Source: Cenococcum geophilum
Lineage: Eukaryota
Length of the DNA stretch: 64,000 bases
Assembly: GCA_050273025.1 (NCBI GenBank)
Contig: CP158635.1
Coordinates: 22,940,001 to 23,004,000 of the forward strand
Direction of reading: 5' to 3'
Shown: positions 47,673 through 64,000 of the stretch, piece by piece
How positions within the stretch are numbered: the first letter of the stretch is position 1
Layout of the letters: every line of letters starts with the position of its first letter
Notes under the pieces: generated by a model
Told to the model about the DNA's origin: nothing
What the model saw: only the letters and a program-made list of their open reading frames with translations
Database searches by the model: none
Position numbers and translations under genes: made by a program

Positions 47673-48636
47673 AGCGACTTTGTTCTAGAGTCACTGACGA
47701 CTACTCGTGATGTTGCATTAAGTAAATGGTTCTGACACTAACCGTTCTGCAAGAACATTTGACGATGGTCCAAGCTGAGACGCTTCATCGCGAATTCACG
47801 TGGGCGGTGAGGATAAAAGGATCACCGGGACTCGATGTTTCTCTACAACCAATCATTAATGATTTTACCCTTTCTCTCCAAAGATCATCTATACATGTCA
47901 CCTGTGTTTCTTACATTATTAACGCTGGTAAGGTTTTAGATGAATGCGTTTAGTTTGCCATAGGATGTAACAATAGCCTTTGAGATACGCCCGGTACTGC
48001 CGCGGACTGACCAGCCTAAGGAGATAAGTAATTGTTCATATTAGGCACCTCATGTGATTGTCCGATCTGTATCTTACAATGCTCTTCTATGGACATTTCT
48101 TAGCTAAATCTCAGTAATTTTCTGCTGTCTAGGAGGCGTGTTATGGTAGAGTAGAACATCCAGGAAACTCCCTTATCTTCAGCACTCATGACCGATTTTA
48201 ACATATTCTATGAAGTGGTAGTAAGGATGGTGGATTTAAACGAATAAGGCTCCAAATACATTGATTTCTGGTATCCCGTAGCACGTTTAAATTGGTCCTA
48301 AGCTTATCGATAAGAAGTAGCCACTTAGATCAGCTGAATTTGATACGCGTTGTTTTGATTCTAGTGTTCGTGCACGGGCCTTATTCTCTTAGGCTCTCGG
48401 GTCTATGCAAGATGTATAGAGAATTAAATTCCTCTGCATCATCGAGGCTAACAGATTAAGACGTACAGTGCCAAAAGTATTTGGGTACGTTCTATGGGCC
48501 TACCTAACGTGTCCCGAAGCAAGTGAAGATGCACCCAGCTTACTATTCGCATAAATACATACAATTCCATAATACGCGTCCAATCTTCATCCTATTGCCA
48601 ATTATTTTTCGCACCTCGTCCCAGCTCTCAATATTT

Positions 48637-49067
48637 TTACCTCCTCAAACTAGGAGGCACTCTCTTTGTAAAAGCTAACGCAACCATCCTCCAATCAAGC
48701 ATAGCCCGCCCAGAGGTGTGATAGGCCTAAGCCACTTGAATCGTTGCGGGTCGAGCACTAGTAGATATATACTCCCACTGAACATAGTCATGCCTGCTGT
48801 GAATAATGAGCCTGCGACTACATTCTGCGGCGCTGCGACAGCGGTGAGTAGTAACGCCGGAGTGAAGTAGCTATAGGTAGAAGAGTGCTGGTAAGCACTT
48901 GTTGCGCGCACGGAAAATGAATTTCATATAAGAAATATAATATTGCGCCGCCGTCGACCAATTGTTTAATCGAGCTGGGTCAGTGATGCATCGGTTGAGG
49001 CTTGAGCTCCGAAGACGACGGAGCTCGCACCGTAGATACAACCAAGGGTCCAGAATGGGAGAGGCAT
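48637..49067 (-). pseudogene. DUF423/TMEM256 membrane-protein pseudogene
   Basis: FWTLGCIYGASSVVFGA (GAH motif disrupted by a frameshift), WSTAAQY, GMTMFSGSIYLL, PITPLGGLCLIGGW; several frameshifts and no clear GT donor. Confidence 0.8.
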
Positions 49068-49456
49068 CTCGAATTGATGAAACACGAGGCTCGGGAAGGT
49101 TTAAGTAGGTAGTCGTGAGAGCAATGGCCGGAGTAAGCTAAGTTGGAGGGGGACGCCTTGCTTAATTAATGCAACTCGAACTTGTGTCCGAGGTTGCCCA
49201 AGCGGGGCTATTTTTCTATCAGGACGTCCAGGACAGGTGACTGGGAACGGTGCCAATGAGTCATATATAAAATAGACACGGTGCTTCACTCAAGAATAAA
49301 ATGCCAATAGATCAACCAGGACACGGGAAAATTTTGTACTAGAGCTATTGAAAGCCCGAATTAATTGGTGGTTCCTCATTTAGTTACGGCAGCTACCTTC
49401 ATAGTGACTCCAATTCCATAATTCCGATTTGGGTATCACGACGAATTTTTCCAATG

Positions 49457-52186
49457 CTACATTAAGCACCCATTCTTTTTACTGGAATGCAAATCCGATA
49501 TGCCCAACCTAACCCTTCTGCCTGCAATCGTAACAAACGACTCGACCAGCCATTCGTACCATACTTTTCTGTCGTCTGTTTGCCGCCACATACTGACATA
49601 CATCTCAGAGTTTTCCGGAACGTATATCGGAACCTAGAAACATTGTTAGTTTTACGAAGCATAGTTGTTGCCCACGCAGTGCATCTCAGGTAAATATAGT
49701 GAAAGGGACAGCCCCACCTTTAACGGAAAGAAGATGGGAAACCAGCTTATCATATCTTTACTCTTTTGATCCATCGTGACCGGATTAGTGCTGAGCTCCA
49801 CCTTACCATCACTCCCGTCGTATAAGACCGTCTCAAAATATCCCGCAAGCCCATGACACATTCCTCTTTCACTACATTGAAAGGTGAGCTGTGAGAACCG
49901 CGCGTTATGCTCGTTAGCTCCATCTCCTCCAGTCGCTCCTCCGCCTCCCCCACTAGCACTTCCGCCACGACGAAGACTAGATTGTGCTAAAATAGGCGGC
50001 GGGCAAGGGTGCTCAAAGGACCAAGTCGTCTGGACATCAGGTAGTGTAGGCATCTCGACTTTCGGCTGGCTTTGACGGGTTCCATTGGTTTCTGAGGAAG
50101 CTTGGTTTTGAGATCCCTGGGTCGCTAGATAGTCAATCGCATGGAGCATAACCACCCATGGGGTTTCAAAAGCATTGGAATCTGTAGTGGAGCGGCCAAT
50201 GATATCTGCATGAAGACGTGGTGCAGCTATTGGCGTGAGGTGCGCGGTGTAAGAAGTAGGGATTGAAATGCCGTGTTGAGGGTTTAGCACATGTTGCACG
50301 CCGTCAAGGCACTCAGGTGAAAGCTCATTGTCCGCGAATGACCCTAGAAGCTCGGAAACGAGAATGTCAACGTAACCGTGGCTGCCATCCAGAAGCATCG
50401 GTCCTTTCCAAGCACGCATATCGGATTTTACCACAGTGACCACGCCACCCCAATCCTCTTCATTATGTCGATGCAGAAGGACATAAGCATTTGGATTCTT
50501 CTCAACCGCATGCACTTCCACTTGAACTCCAGTATCTTGGCTAGCGCGAATAGTGCGCGTGACAAGTGGTCCTCTACCAGAACCGACTACAGCAATTACA
50601 ACGGATCCAGTCCCTCTCGATGAAGAAACGGTTTTACCTTGAGACTTCCAATCACGGAGAGATTGCGCTATTGCGCGCTCATACCAATCATACTTGATTG
50701 GGTCTTTTTCAAATACTTCATATGTCATGCTTTCCAGGTTATCAGTCAGAGGCTGGAGAGGAGATTGCAGAAAATCTTGGAAGCCAGCGCCAAATCGTTC
50801 AATGGTAGATTTTGGTGGCTGATTCCTCTGCAGGTATCGAATATAGCTCAGATGTGGGGTTGGATCAGCTTTGCTTTTCCGACTAACGTGACGGGCCATT
50901 TGAGATGCTTCAGCTGGTGTCGGAGACGGGGACATGCTTGACCTCGGCGATGAAGCATCAACGGCAGCGCCAGGCGAGAGGATACCAGTAGAGAAAGGCA
51001 GAATCAAGTCAGGGTCATTTATACCAGGAATTGGTCCGATGTCTGTGAGAAGTAGCCAGGGTGCGTTTCGCAGGCGCATACAGCGAGATATGAATAGTTG
51101 GTGAGGTTTCGAGAGAACAAACGATCCTCGAGCATTCACAAGAAAGGACGTTGCAGGAAGTGAAAGAAGGCGTAAAGGTTCTGAATACCATCGCGACTGA
51201 ACTGCCATTGGGGGAAAGCGACGAGGTAGAGTGAGAGCTACAATTTCGAAGCATCTGTCAGCCAAACTAGCTGGAAAGGTTGCTCGTATTGACGAGCGCC
51301 TTGCGTACGGAAGCACGCTTACCCAAAAATGTCCCAGGAGAATATAAAATTATAATGAAGAGCACCAAGGACACAGAGTTATAAATTAGACTGTATTGGT
51401 CCTTACCTACGGAGAGCCTTGAGCTGTATTTACACACAGACCTGATTACATTCCATGCATCCCATGTACCAAAAAGATCTGCTTTGACCTCCTGATTTTC
51501 CGAATGCCCTTTAATGTATTCTTCCCGTGCAAATCGTGCCAAATTGCCCATATCTTCGTCATTTTCTAACTCCGGATTGTCAATCATCGGCATGAGGATG
51601 TGTAACTGCAGATAGTTTCCAAGCGAGAGCGCTTCTTGGATTGCTCGAGCATACTGTGATATGCCCTTGGCGCGCATTGGGCCATGATGGAGCCGTGGGC
51701 CTTGCACGACGACGGTGACGACGCCACAGAATGCTGCATATGCAATTTCCTGGTTGAACGCCTGGCGGGAAAGGTGAGCAATGAGGGGGTCAGGAGACGC
51801 CAGATCAATCCACGGACTTGTGAACGCGATGAGTTGTGATATGCTGTCACTGGGTGTCAATGGTGTGTCTGCAGGTTTGAGAGGAGGAACTAGGGGCATA
51901 GGGTGGTGTCTTGACGGGATTGAGCCATCGGGATGAGCCTGGCTGTAAGCAGTCAAAAGTGCCAAGACACTGGCATGGAAGTGAGGGGTAGTAATAGGCG
52001 TTGTAAGCATATCATACTATAACTTCTATCAGCATGTCTCATCTGAAGAATTAGTAGCGAGATGCAGACATTGCAATCTTGAGCTTGACGGAGGACCTGA
52101 TTGGTAACAGGAAGCGAACGCTTAGTCTCATGCTGGCCAACATAGAATATGGGCATCATCTCGCCCGTGCTCTGAGGAGAATCCAT
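49457..52186 (-). CDS. PRMT5: Protein arginine N-methyltransferase 5 (Skb1/Hsl7/RmtC), four exons
   Basis: LQSPLQPLTDNLESMTYEVFEKDPIKY, VVGSGRGPLV, VEKNPNA, SELLGSFADNELSPECLDG, MISWFPIFFPLK. Confidence 0.96.
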
Positions 52187-52545
52187 GTTGGAGGTTATGA
52201 GGAGAGGATATCAACAATTCTAGCGAGGGGCGCTCTGCATGATAAATGCCCAAAAGCAACAAAGCGCGCAGAGAAAACGCTAGAAGAAAGATGTTTTAAA
52301 GGAGCGGCCTACGAATCAAAGTTTGTAAACGGTAGCCATTTGGCTTGTTGCGTGGGTCTATAGGAAAATTGATTTTTGAAGCTGGTCGTTAGCAGAGACA
52401 ACTACAGTTTCTTTGCCCTACTGCTTCGGTGAAAGGTTCCTCCGCTGTGTACATCCTCCAACTTTTTTTCAGCGTCAATCATGAAGCAAGCCATCTCACT
52501 TGTGTTTACCCCTCCAAGCATAGCCCACCGTTTGGCGTACTTCAA

Positions 52546-55031
<2,486 letters not shown>

Positions 55032-55889
55032 TGAGATTTCCTTATACCAACCGCTTGCGTTGGTCTTTCAAGCGACTTCACGATTATTTCAATGACTTTA
55101 AATAGAGTACATGGGCGTATTTTGCATTTCTCCAGGTACAGGGTGCATACTTTCAACTAGTTTCTCAAATCAACCCTAGCTGCCTAGAATTACTTTTGCT
55201 CATAGTTGGTTAGATAGACTAGCGCGATCCGAATCCTCACGACCCTGACTCTCCTCGATGCGAACTTATATATGTAAAATGAGCTGTTTTAATGTTATCC
55301 TGCATACCTAAGCAATAAGCGAGATTATTGCGTTCCCTGCTTCGCCCGTAGTAATATGCAGACACAACCAGTCCTTGAAATGATTGAAGTATGTTGCGAA
55401 TAGGATCAAATACACCCTTCGCGGTGAGGGATGCACATCTCTACGTATACGAGTTCGGCTAATCAACTTTCTCTGTTCTTGCTTAATACAGTCAAATTGA
55501 GTTTGGTAAAGATTCTCAATTTACTACCCCGCGTTATGTGGAGGAGCTGTGTAAAGTGGGTTTGCCACTCTTCGTGCTTTAGTCACAACATTAAGAAACA
55601 TATCTTAGACCTGTTACTTACTAGATAGGTTTTCCGAGGGTTAAAAAATTCTTCACGGATTTCGCCTGTATACGCAGTCTACCATAATTCTGATATAAGG
55701 CTTCTTGCACTCGCATTACTCACCGACGTCCATCTACACACAGAGGCGTAATTTAGCAGAAATTTAGCGAAATTTCTGTAGGCATTAGTCGCCGTATTAG
55801 TAAAAAGTCTCTAAATAAAAGAGGTTAAAAAGTAATTATCCTTTAAATACGTGACGTGCGTTCTATATTTAAACTACATATAACCCTTA

Positions 55890-58800
55890 ACGTACTCGGT
55901 AAGTGTTGAACGGACGATCAGGAATGAGAACTCTGTTTATTAAAGAGGGCTCTAGAAGCTCTCTTATATACATCAGGTAGGTCCAAATACAATGACGACG
56001 ACGTCGTCATGTAGTAGGTCATAGTTAAGAGAAACAGGTAATGAGACGTTCGATGAGACATACGAGCTTAAGATACGAGACAACTGAGACATAGTTCGTA
56101 TAGACGATCTAGGTCGTCGGACAGTATTACGATGGTAGTAAGGAACTTTAATTTAGGTCGACACACCCCCCTAGCTGCACAGAGCCTTTTGGGCTGCTGT
56201 AAAAATACTAAAAAGTTATGATAGTAATTTAGTGTTAAGTTAAAGGAAATCCTCTATATATTTACCTTGCCTAAATATTATTTAAATTAAATTAAATTAG
56301 ATCCTTAATATTAATAAGGTTTAATTACTAAATAAACGTTTTGTGCTTTTAACGAGGCAGAGCCTTTGTTAGGCCGTCTGCTATTATGTCCGTAGTAGGC
56401 ACCTATTTAATATTAATACTTCCTTTATAAACTTCCTGGCGGAGCTAGTGGTAATAAATATTAACGTGTTAAAGCTTAGTGTTAAGCTCCGCGTTGCTTT
56501 TAGTTAGTAGTTGAATAGTTTATAGGTTATTGTAATATATTATTTACTTCTTATTAGGGTTAAATCCGATTTTTTTTTTTTAAAGAATTACTACTACTAA
56601 ATTAACTTAGTAGCTGTATGCGACAGCGCTAGGAGCTCTGCTTTTGTGCTTAATTTTATTACTAACTTCTGCTTTATAGATTGCTAGTTAATTAGTCCCC
56701 TAAATAAGGTAAATAGATAGCCTTTTATACTTTTTCTACTTACTATATTATTGCTAAATAATGCGTTACTTGCCCTTGCGAAGATCTAGTTTATTATATT
56801 CTCCTTTAAGTACTTAATTATAAGAGTCTTAGTTTAATTAAGGTAGGCAATTACCCTTATAGCAGCTGTGTCGTGAATTAGTAACGGATTTTGTAAGAAT
56901 TCTAATAGCTTACTTACTGTTTTCACTATATCTAGACGAGTAATATTAGCTGTATAGAGTATAGATCCGACTTTCCTCTAATAGGTATAGGTATTCTACT
57001 TAGAGGCTTACTTTAGATTAGGCTTAAGTTCCTTAATACCTATTAGTGTATATATCTTATAATAATCTTTAACTTTAAAGCTTATTATAATTTTGTTAAT
57101 ATAGGAATCCTAGCTAAGCTAGAGCTTTCTGTTCTTTCTATTATGGATAATTTAAATTCCTAAGAACTAGGTAAGGTTACCTAGGTCCTTTATCTTGTAC
57201 TTTCTTATAAAGTGCTCCTTAAAGGTTTAGAGCTTAAGTAGGTTTTTCTTCCTAAATATAGCTATAATATCGTTAACGTAGAAGAAGACTATTAGCCAAT
57301 TATTATAATATAGGTAAGGCTCCTCCACCACTAGCTTTAAGCCTTTCTTTTTTAGCGTTATTATTAAGTTACCGTGCTATAGTAGAGGTGATCGCCTTAA
57401 TCTATAGAGGGCTCTTTAGAGAAGTAGGCACTTGCCCTTAATTAGAAATCTATTTAAATACTTAACATATACAACCTTATTAATTACGCTATTTATAAAT
57501 ACATTAATAGTATCGCCTTACTAGTAGTCTAGGTTAAATATTGCGATAATAGCCATTAAGGCTCTAAGCGATCTTGCTACTAAAGTTACGGTATAGGTGT
57601 CCTTATAAACTAACTCTTATAGATTACCTTATGTATAAAGATAAGCTTTAAACCTTATTAAATATCCATTAATATTAGTTTTATATGTAAATACCCAAAT
57701 AACAGGCACTATTTTGGTATAGATTGTTTTATTAACGACTTAAAACGTTCCTCGATTTTAAAGGTCCGTATATTTCTTTTAGGTAGTAGCTGCGAACTCT
57801 TCCTTATATTAATGTCTTTAAAGCTCCTTCTAATTCTTAGGCAGCGGTAGGAGCTAATTACGGTGCAGCTTTTTGTAAAATGTAAGCCCTATATTAAAGG
57901 CTAATCTTTAAGCTAGAAGGCTCTAGTTAGTAATATTAGCAAGAAAGCCTACGTTGATCTTTAATTATCCTTTAAGTCTTTTTCCTTTAACCACGTTTTA
58001 CTCTCCTATATTACTATTAATCTTCTTTTTTAGCTTAGCTTTATTAGTCAGAACTATAATATAGTGCGGCTTTTTTGCTAAGGTGTTTAAGGACAGTAGT
58101 AAAGGCTCCAGTGAGTTAGGTTCTAGTGTCTTGTTTAAGGTAGAAAGCCCTAAAGCTAAGTTGTCTTAGAGCTTAAATCTTATTACTTACTACTCTTAAT
58201 ATTAGGCTCTTCCTTATTTCCACCAGATTCCACCTATTATCTCCCTTTAGTATTAACTTAAATCTTATCTTAAGTCTTATTGCTTTTATTAAATAATAAT
58301 TCTAATTTGTTTTGGAGATCCTATATTTAATAGACATTAATAATTTCCAATATTTAGTTAGTTCTTACTTAAAGTATATTCGCTAGATTTAGCTATAAGT
58401 CATTATAAAGTAACCGCTTATTAAACTTTATTTCTTGTTCTAATAACCTTTTTCTAACTAGGAATATAGATTTGGAATATATTTGTTAAATTATACCCTA
58501 CCAGATATCCTATATAGGCCCTTAGCGCGAGCTTATTTAGGCATAGAATATTATATTTAAGAGGGTAGGCCCTACAGCCGTAGGCTTATAGGTAGCCTAT
58601 ATTTAGTTTTAGTAGTAATATACCTATAGCTAACTAGATTTTTTTAAAAGGCGTCTACTACCCGAGTCTTCTACTAGGCGTTTAATTAAGTAGATAAGTA
58701 GCTACTTTATAGACTTTAGGATATAGCTCCTCTAGTAGATAGGCCTTAATTCTTATACACTAAGCCTTCTATATAATTACCTCCCTAGATCGTTCTGCTA

Positions 58801-61800
58801 GACTGTTCTGTAATTAAGTATTAGGTGCTAATCTTTTAAAACTAATTCCTCGTTTAGCTACCTATTCCTTAAATTCGCCTATAAGAGACGTCTCTCTATC
58901 TATATAGATAATAGCTACCTTAAAGCTATATCGTTATTCGATAATATTACAATATTTAATAACAATTTAGGTAAGGGACGACTTCTTAGCCATTATCTAT
59001 ACCTTATTTATTCGCGTTACGTTATTAAGGAAGTATACCGCGTACTTATTGCTATTAAATGCAACTATTCCGGGTATTAAATTAAGGTAGATTTTATAGA
59101 AAGGAACTAGTAACTAAGTTAGAGGTCTTTTAGATACCACCTTATAAGCTTTACTTACTCCATATAATTTACATTCTACCGTTAAAGGCTACTCCTAAGA
59201 GCTGTATCTATCTCTTCCCTTTCGGGTTATTAATCGTAACTGCAGCTATACTATAGCCTATAATTTCTTCTATATATAAGCCCGTGTAGACGCGTTCTAA
59301 TATAGGCTTAATATCGCTAATAAACCTAGCTCTATCGTTAAAGACGTGTAGGCTTATCCCTAAGTTAAGAATTACACTATCGCGAAGCTCGTAATTAGAA
59401 GCTGTGTTGTTGGCTCCTATATAATAAACTATAAAGTTTCCGTAGGGCTTTTAAGAGCTCTGCTGGTTGCTATCCTTTGGCTTTTTATTAGCTTAATCGT
59501 CCTTCTTATTAGCTTAATTATCTTTTTTAATTTACTTAATATAAGCCTTAATTTCGGGCGTTATATTAGCAATCTTCTTATCTACCTTCTTCTGAATTTT
59601 ATTACTTAGTTTAAACTATAATAGGCGAGGAATCGACTCTATAATATACCAGTACTTATTAAAGTAGTAACGTTTTCCGCATAGGTACTCTAGCGGCGGT
59701 TGCCTTTCCTTCTTCTGCTTATCTGCTAATAATTAAGGTTTTAATTTAGGCTTTAAATTCGGTAACTTATCTTTAAAGGTAACTCTAAAGGATTCTCCTT
59801 GTGGGGTTTTGCCCTTCTAGGCGAGGTCCGTATAACGGTGGTTTTAGTATATTTTAACCAGTTTAAAGAAGGTAGAAAGCGTCTTCTTCTCCTACTTACG
59901 CTTATTAAGCTCGTTCTTCTAATATTCTAACTAGCTTAGTATAATTAATTTAACTGCGTATATAAAGTTTTTTACCGAATAATTACTATCTACCTTAGGT
60001 AGAGCTTGCTCCTTATACTTAGTATATGCCTTCTTCTACTTTTATAACTAGACCTTAAAGTTCTGGTTCTAAAGTGCCTTCTTAAGCCTTATATATTAAG
60101 TAGCTATTTAAAGCTTTTAGGTGTGGTTAGTTAGAGCAATTCTCTTTTTAAGAGATACTAAGACGTTATGGATGGTGGTGCATTTAAACGTGTAGATAAG
60201 GTAGGTACGTAAGATAGAGCTTGGGATATAGCTGCGTAACGTATTAAGAGTTAACAGCTGTTTTCTATATAGCTTTATATTGTCCCTATAGTCGGCTTTA
60301 AGCGTATAGAGCTTCTCCTTCTCCTCCTTATCTAGGTCCGCGAGCTTCGTCTTCCCCCGGCTATTAATATCCTTAGGTAAGGCATAAATAGGTTCTTTAA
60401 GCTATAGCAGATTAGTCTTAGGTGTTAATAGGTTAATATACTTCTAGAGACGATTATTATTTACTTTTAACTTAATAACCTTAATCCATTTATCCCAATT
60501 ATTTAGGCTTATAAGAATAACGGATAATATAATAACAGAAGGGGTTTCTTATTAAGAAGTTATTGTGGGTAGTTATCTATAATTAAGATAATAATTAGAA
60601 TTAATAGAAATAAAGGCTTTAGAATTAAAGATAATGCAGTAAACGGCCCGGGCTTATAACTATTAAACGGACGATTAGGAATAAGAACTCTGTTTATTAA
60701 AGAGGGCTTTAGAAGCTCTCTTATATACATTAGGTAGGTCCAAATACAATGACGACGACATTATTATGTAGTAGGTTATAGTTAAGAGAAATAGGTAATA
60801 AGACGTTTAATAAAATATACGAGCTTAAGATACGAGATAACTAAGATATAGTTTGTATAGACGATCTAGGTCGTCGGATAGTATTATAATAGTAGTAAGG
60901 AACTTTGATTTAGGTTAATAGTAAGCATATGGGCTATGTATATATATAGGCCACCCCACCAAGTATTAAGGCCAAATAATATGAATTACTCCACAACGAA
61001 CGCCTGTATATAGTGTAGCTAGCTACTAGCTAGTTGCCTAGCGTTTAGGGCATGTACGAGCCGTGTGCTCTAGTGAATAGCACATACTATACTTGCGTGG
61101 TACACGCTGCGGTCACTTGCTTACTGTATCTGCTGCCCCCTCTACTATTATATTCTCTATAGCTAGTGCATAAAACGCCCCTTCTGCCCCTAATAGAACA
61201 CCCCCCCTAGCTATATACTTGCGCTTAGTTACCCTTTTCCTTTTTTAGTGTTAATTCTCTACCTATAGCTTCTTATTTTTGCTAGTAAGTAGTATAGCGC
61301 TAAATATCGCCATTTTGTACCCCTTAACTAGCTAGCTAAGGGCTTATTCTATTAGACTTAGTGGGCTATATATACGCTGCTTAAGATAGCGTTTTAGTAG
61401 GGCTGTTTACTGTTATAGCTTAGTAATATTATATGGTATTTTAGCTGCCTAGGATATATTTAATTGCGGACAGTACTAGGGTAATAATGTTTAATATTTA
61501 GCATATAGTAGTTCTAGTATATAATTAGGGCTATATAGAACTAGCCTAGTAGCTATAAATCCTACCTATATATTATTCTGATATAGTGCTAGCTGCCTAG
61601 CCTGTATATACAGTGGTAGGAATTTATGCTTATTGATATGGTTAACATCACGGTATATTATCTATTTAACGCTGCGCCTATATACCTACTTAAGCGCTAA
61701 GAAATAGCCTATATCTAGTAGCTATAGTAGATATAATGAGTGCGCTAGTATATAGATAATAATAATCTGGTAATCTAGGCAGAACTAATTAAATTTGGGG

Positions 61801-62752
61801 TTTATATAGCTACTATGGCCATTTAGTACTAGCAGCCGATGCGTACTAATAGTATAATCCTTTATATGCTTATAGAATAGTTTTAGCTAGGTTAGGCTAA
61901 TCTTATTTATTATCTAGCCATTCTTACTAACGCTAATTAACTAGTTATATGGAATAATATTATACTAAGCAGCCTAGTGTATTACAGTCTTAAAGATAAC
62001 AAGTAGTGGAATTACCTGCCCTATTACACTAATGCACTTAATAATTATAACCTACTCGTGATTTCCTGGTTGTATAGTTCTAGGCTAGCCAGCGTAATTA
62101 GTTCCTGTAATAACTTGTATAGTTATAATAATACCTATTTAGAAGCCGGTCTTATTAAAATTCTAGGTATCCTTATCTAGAATTCTGTATTATATCTTTA
62201 TATTCTATACGTATTTAAACCAGACCCAAATTAGTACAGGATCTTTATATTTAGCACGCTAATAGTTATATTTTCTGTTAAATTTGGCCTGTAGGTTGTT
62301 ATAGCGCTTAACAAAGTTATATGCCTATTTCTTGCCGATAGGTTATATAGTAGTAGGCCCGGTATACTGCGCAGCTAGTAGACCAGCTATCTGCCGTATA
62401 ATCGCGATCCTAGGCAGTATACCGCGTTAATCCATTAATAGAATCCACTGCTTAAGGCTTTCTTCTTATATAGCTGTTAGACGGTAATTTAATGTAATAG
62501 AACCGCGTTTTGGCTAGATGCCCTTAATGCGTTACTGTGCTGTCGTTCTAGCTATATTGTATGTGCTAGTGGCCTTCCGAAAACTTGGAAATTGGCCCTG
62601 CTTATAGGCATTAATAGATAGGAGAAGTCTGCCCTCTTGAAATTGAGGGTTTTGTTGTTGTGGTGTAGCCATTGAGGTTATAGTTGTATAGTGCGACGCG
62701 TGTTTTGTATATTTGGCGGGGTGGCCTATACCCATATGCTTACCGAGTACGT
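55890..62752 (-). mobile_element. Second Fot1/pogo-like transposon (transposase ATG 62672 to ~61020); one TIR is split by a copia insertion
   Basis: TA TSDs and TIR ACGTACTCGGTAAGCATATGGG..TATAGGCCACCCC. MATPQQQNPQFQEGRLLLSINAYKQGQF, with transposase collinear to the 19148-22847 element. Confidence 0.93.
55904..60920 (-). mobile_element. Full-length-looking RIP-degraded Ty1/copia element
   Basis: 260-bp LTRs at 55904-56163 and 60661-60920, TSD GTAAG, copia-type PBS GTTATAAGCCCGGG, PPT TAGGGGGGTG. Integrase region KPYGCRAYPL and IGYLVGY; RT WVFTYK, ALYRLRRSPLL, FFYVNDI; RNase H ADGLTKAL. Confidence 0.93.
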
Positions 62753-64000
62753 TATCCAATACTGTCGATTAGATATTTATACGTTCTAGTCGGAAGTCTT
62801 ACTAGTACTCCGCGTATACTACGTATAGTATTATAGCCTATGCCTTAACTAGCTAACTAGTATCTACGAACTCCTTTTTAAGTAGTTCTAATAATCTGGT
62901 TATAAGGTCCGTAATACTACCTCCCTTCTTCAGGTTTTTATTCTTAAAGATATCTTATTCCTCTAAGTCGCCTACTAAAGGTAAGGTGCTTCCTTATTTA
63001 AATTAATTCTATTAATAACTTATTATATCTAAGTAACCTTTATCATTATATACTATTATAATAATTCTTTACTAGGTAGGGTTATATCTCCTTGTTCTTG
63101 CTGCGTTAAGGAAGGACTAGGATATATTGTAATTCCCACTCCTTCGACTTGCCAACCGTTATCGCTATGCCGAGTATACTAAGGCGAATATTCCGTCTTC
63201 TTATAATATTCGAGTAGTTTCTAATACTAAGTATACGCTCCTTATAATCCTTTAGATCCTTCTAGTACCTTATCTTATTTCTTATAGGGACGAGGGTTTG
63301 ATCTAAGGCCAAACGTTTAGATAGTAAGCTTTATACTACTATACTAAGATTTTACTTGCGAGTGGGACGGCATTCTTGAAAATATTCAAGTATGAGAGCT
63401 AGAACTCTCTTGTAAGCTGAGCTCTTTGCCAGAATGTGTAATTAATATTGCCAGTTCGGGTTAGCCTAACCATAGTTCAAATTTTTGAAGTACCACCATA
63501 CCTGAAATGTGAAACTAAGATAGCTAGGGCTGCTCATAGTTTGTAAGCTTTGCAGTGTGGGTATTGAACGAGCAACTTGATTGTAAATCTATGGAAATCA
63601 AGTGATATAAATACATGAAAGTAGACCCCGAACTCCGAAGCCCATAACTCATTTCAAACGTACCTGAGACATACGAGGGTAGTGCTGACGTAGGTGAAAC
63701 AGGGTAATATGCAAGGTCCGGTAGTCGGTTACATAGTTGGTCATGACGGCGACGAATACACTCTATATTATGATAATGGGCCGTGATCGATAGACATACT
63801 GCGTTAGGGAATGTCAGAGTTCTGTCCAAGGGAACAGAAGTTGTAATGGAGGAAATATGGTAAGGTGAAGAAAGGTCTGGGATTTTGGGATGGATGTTTA
63901 CGAGATGGAAATTGAGAAAGTCAGGCAACTACCACCAATAATTTCTTTTTGGTTTCGTAGTTAAGTCTATATGATTTAACCTAAGTGAAAGTGCAATTTG

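Larger units (their letters stand above)
55450..63930 (-). pseudogene. Unidentified intron-containing gene relic split by the pogo/copia insertion
   Basis: One minus-strand frame is nearly open across the TA insertion site (TVLD|KGYM*FKYRTHVTYLKDNYF...). Intron-like GT..AG segments near 63300-63470. No recognisable family; limits uncertain. Confidence 0.3.

Overview
Genomic DNA of a filamentous ascomycete (spliceosomal GT-AG introns with CTAAC branch points, fungal housekeeping genes, and TpA-rich repeats full of TAA/TAG stops typical of RIP). The window has three compartments. (1) About 1-31,000 is a nested, RIP-degraded transposon block: a Ty1/copia host carrying two gag-only LTR elements and a Tad1-like LINE; a non-coding LTR element rich in UACG-loop hairpins; a Fot1/pogo element interrupted by a 1.85-kb minisatellite-built element with 14-bp TIRs and a 2-bp TSD; a 5'-truncated Helitron; a Crypton (tyrosine recombinase + GCR1_C); and a fold-back repeat array. 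(2) About 31,000-55,100 is mostly intact genes: a bacterial-like GNAT, a complete PIF/Harbinger insertion, a sedolisin pseudogene, a queuosine-salvage (DUF2419) gene, UBA2, an SDR, ELC1, a dynamin-like GTPase, ORC6, a DUF423 pseudogene, PRMT5 and PRP43. (3) About 55,400-64,000 holds a copia element inserted in the TIR of a second pogo element, which appears to disrupt an unidentified gene. No tRNA, rRNA, CRISPR array or Starship captain was seen. Coordinates of termini and TSDs were read by hand; ORF limits in degraded elements are approximate. I found no single clear new multi-gene system. The best novelty candidates are the non-autonomous elements and the putatively transferred GNAT.
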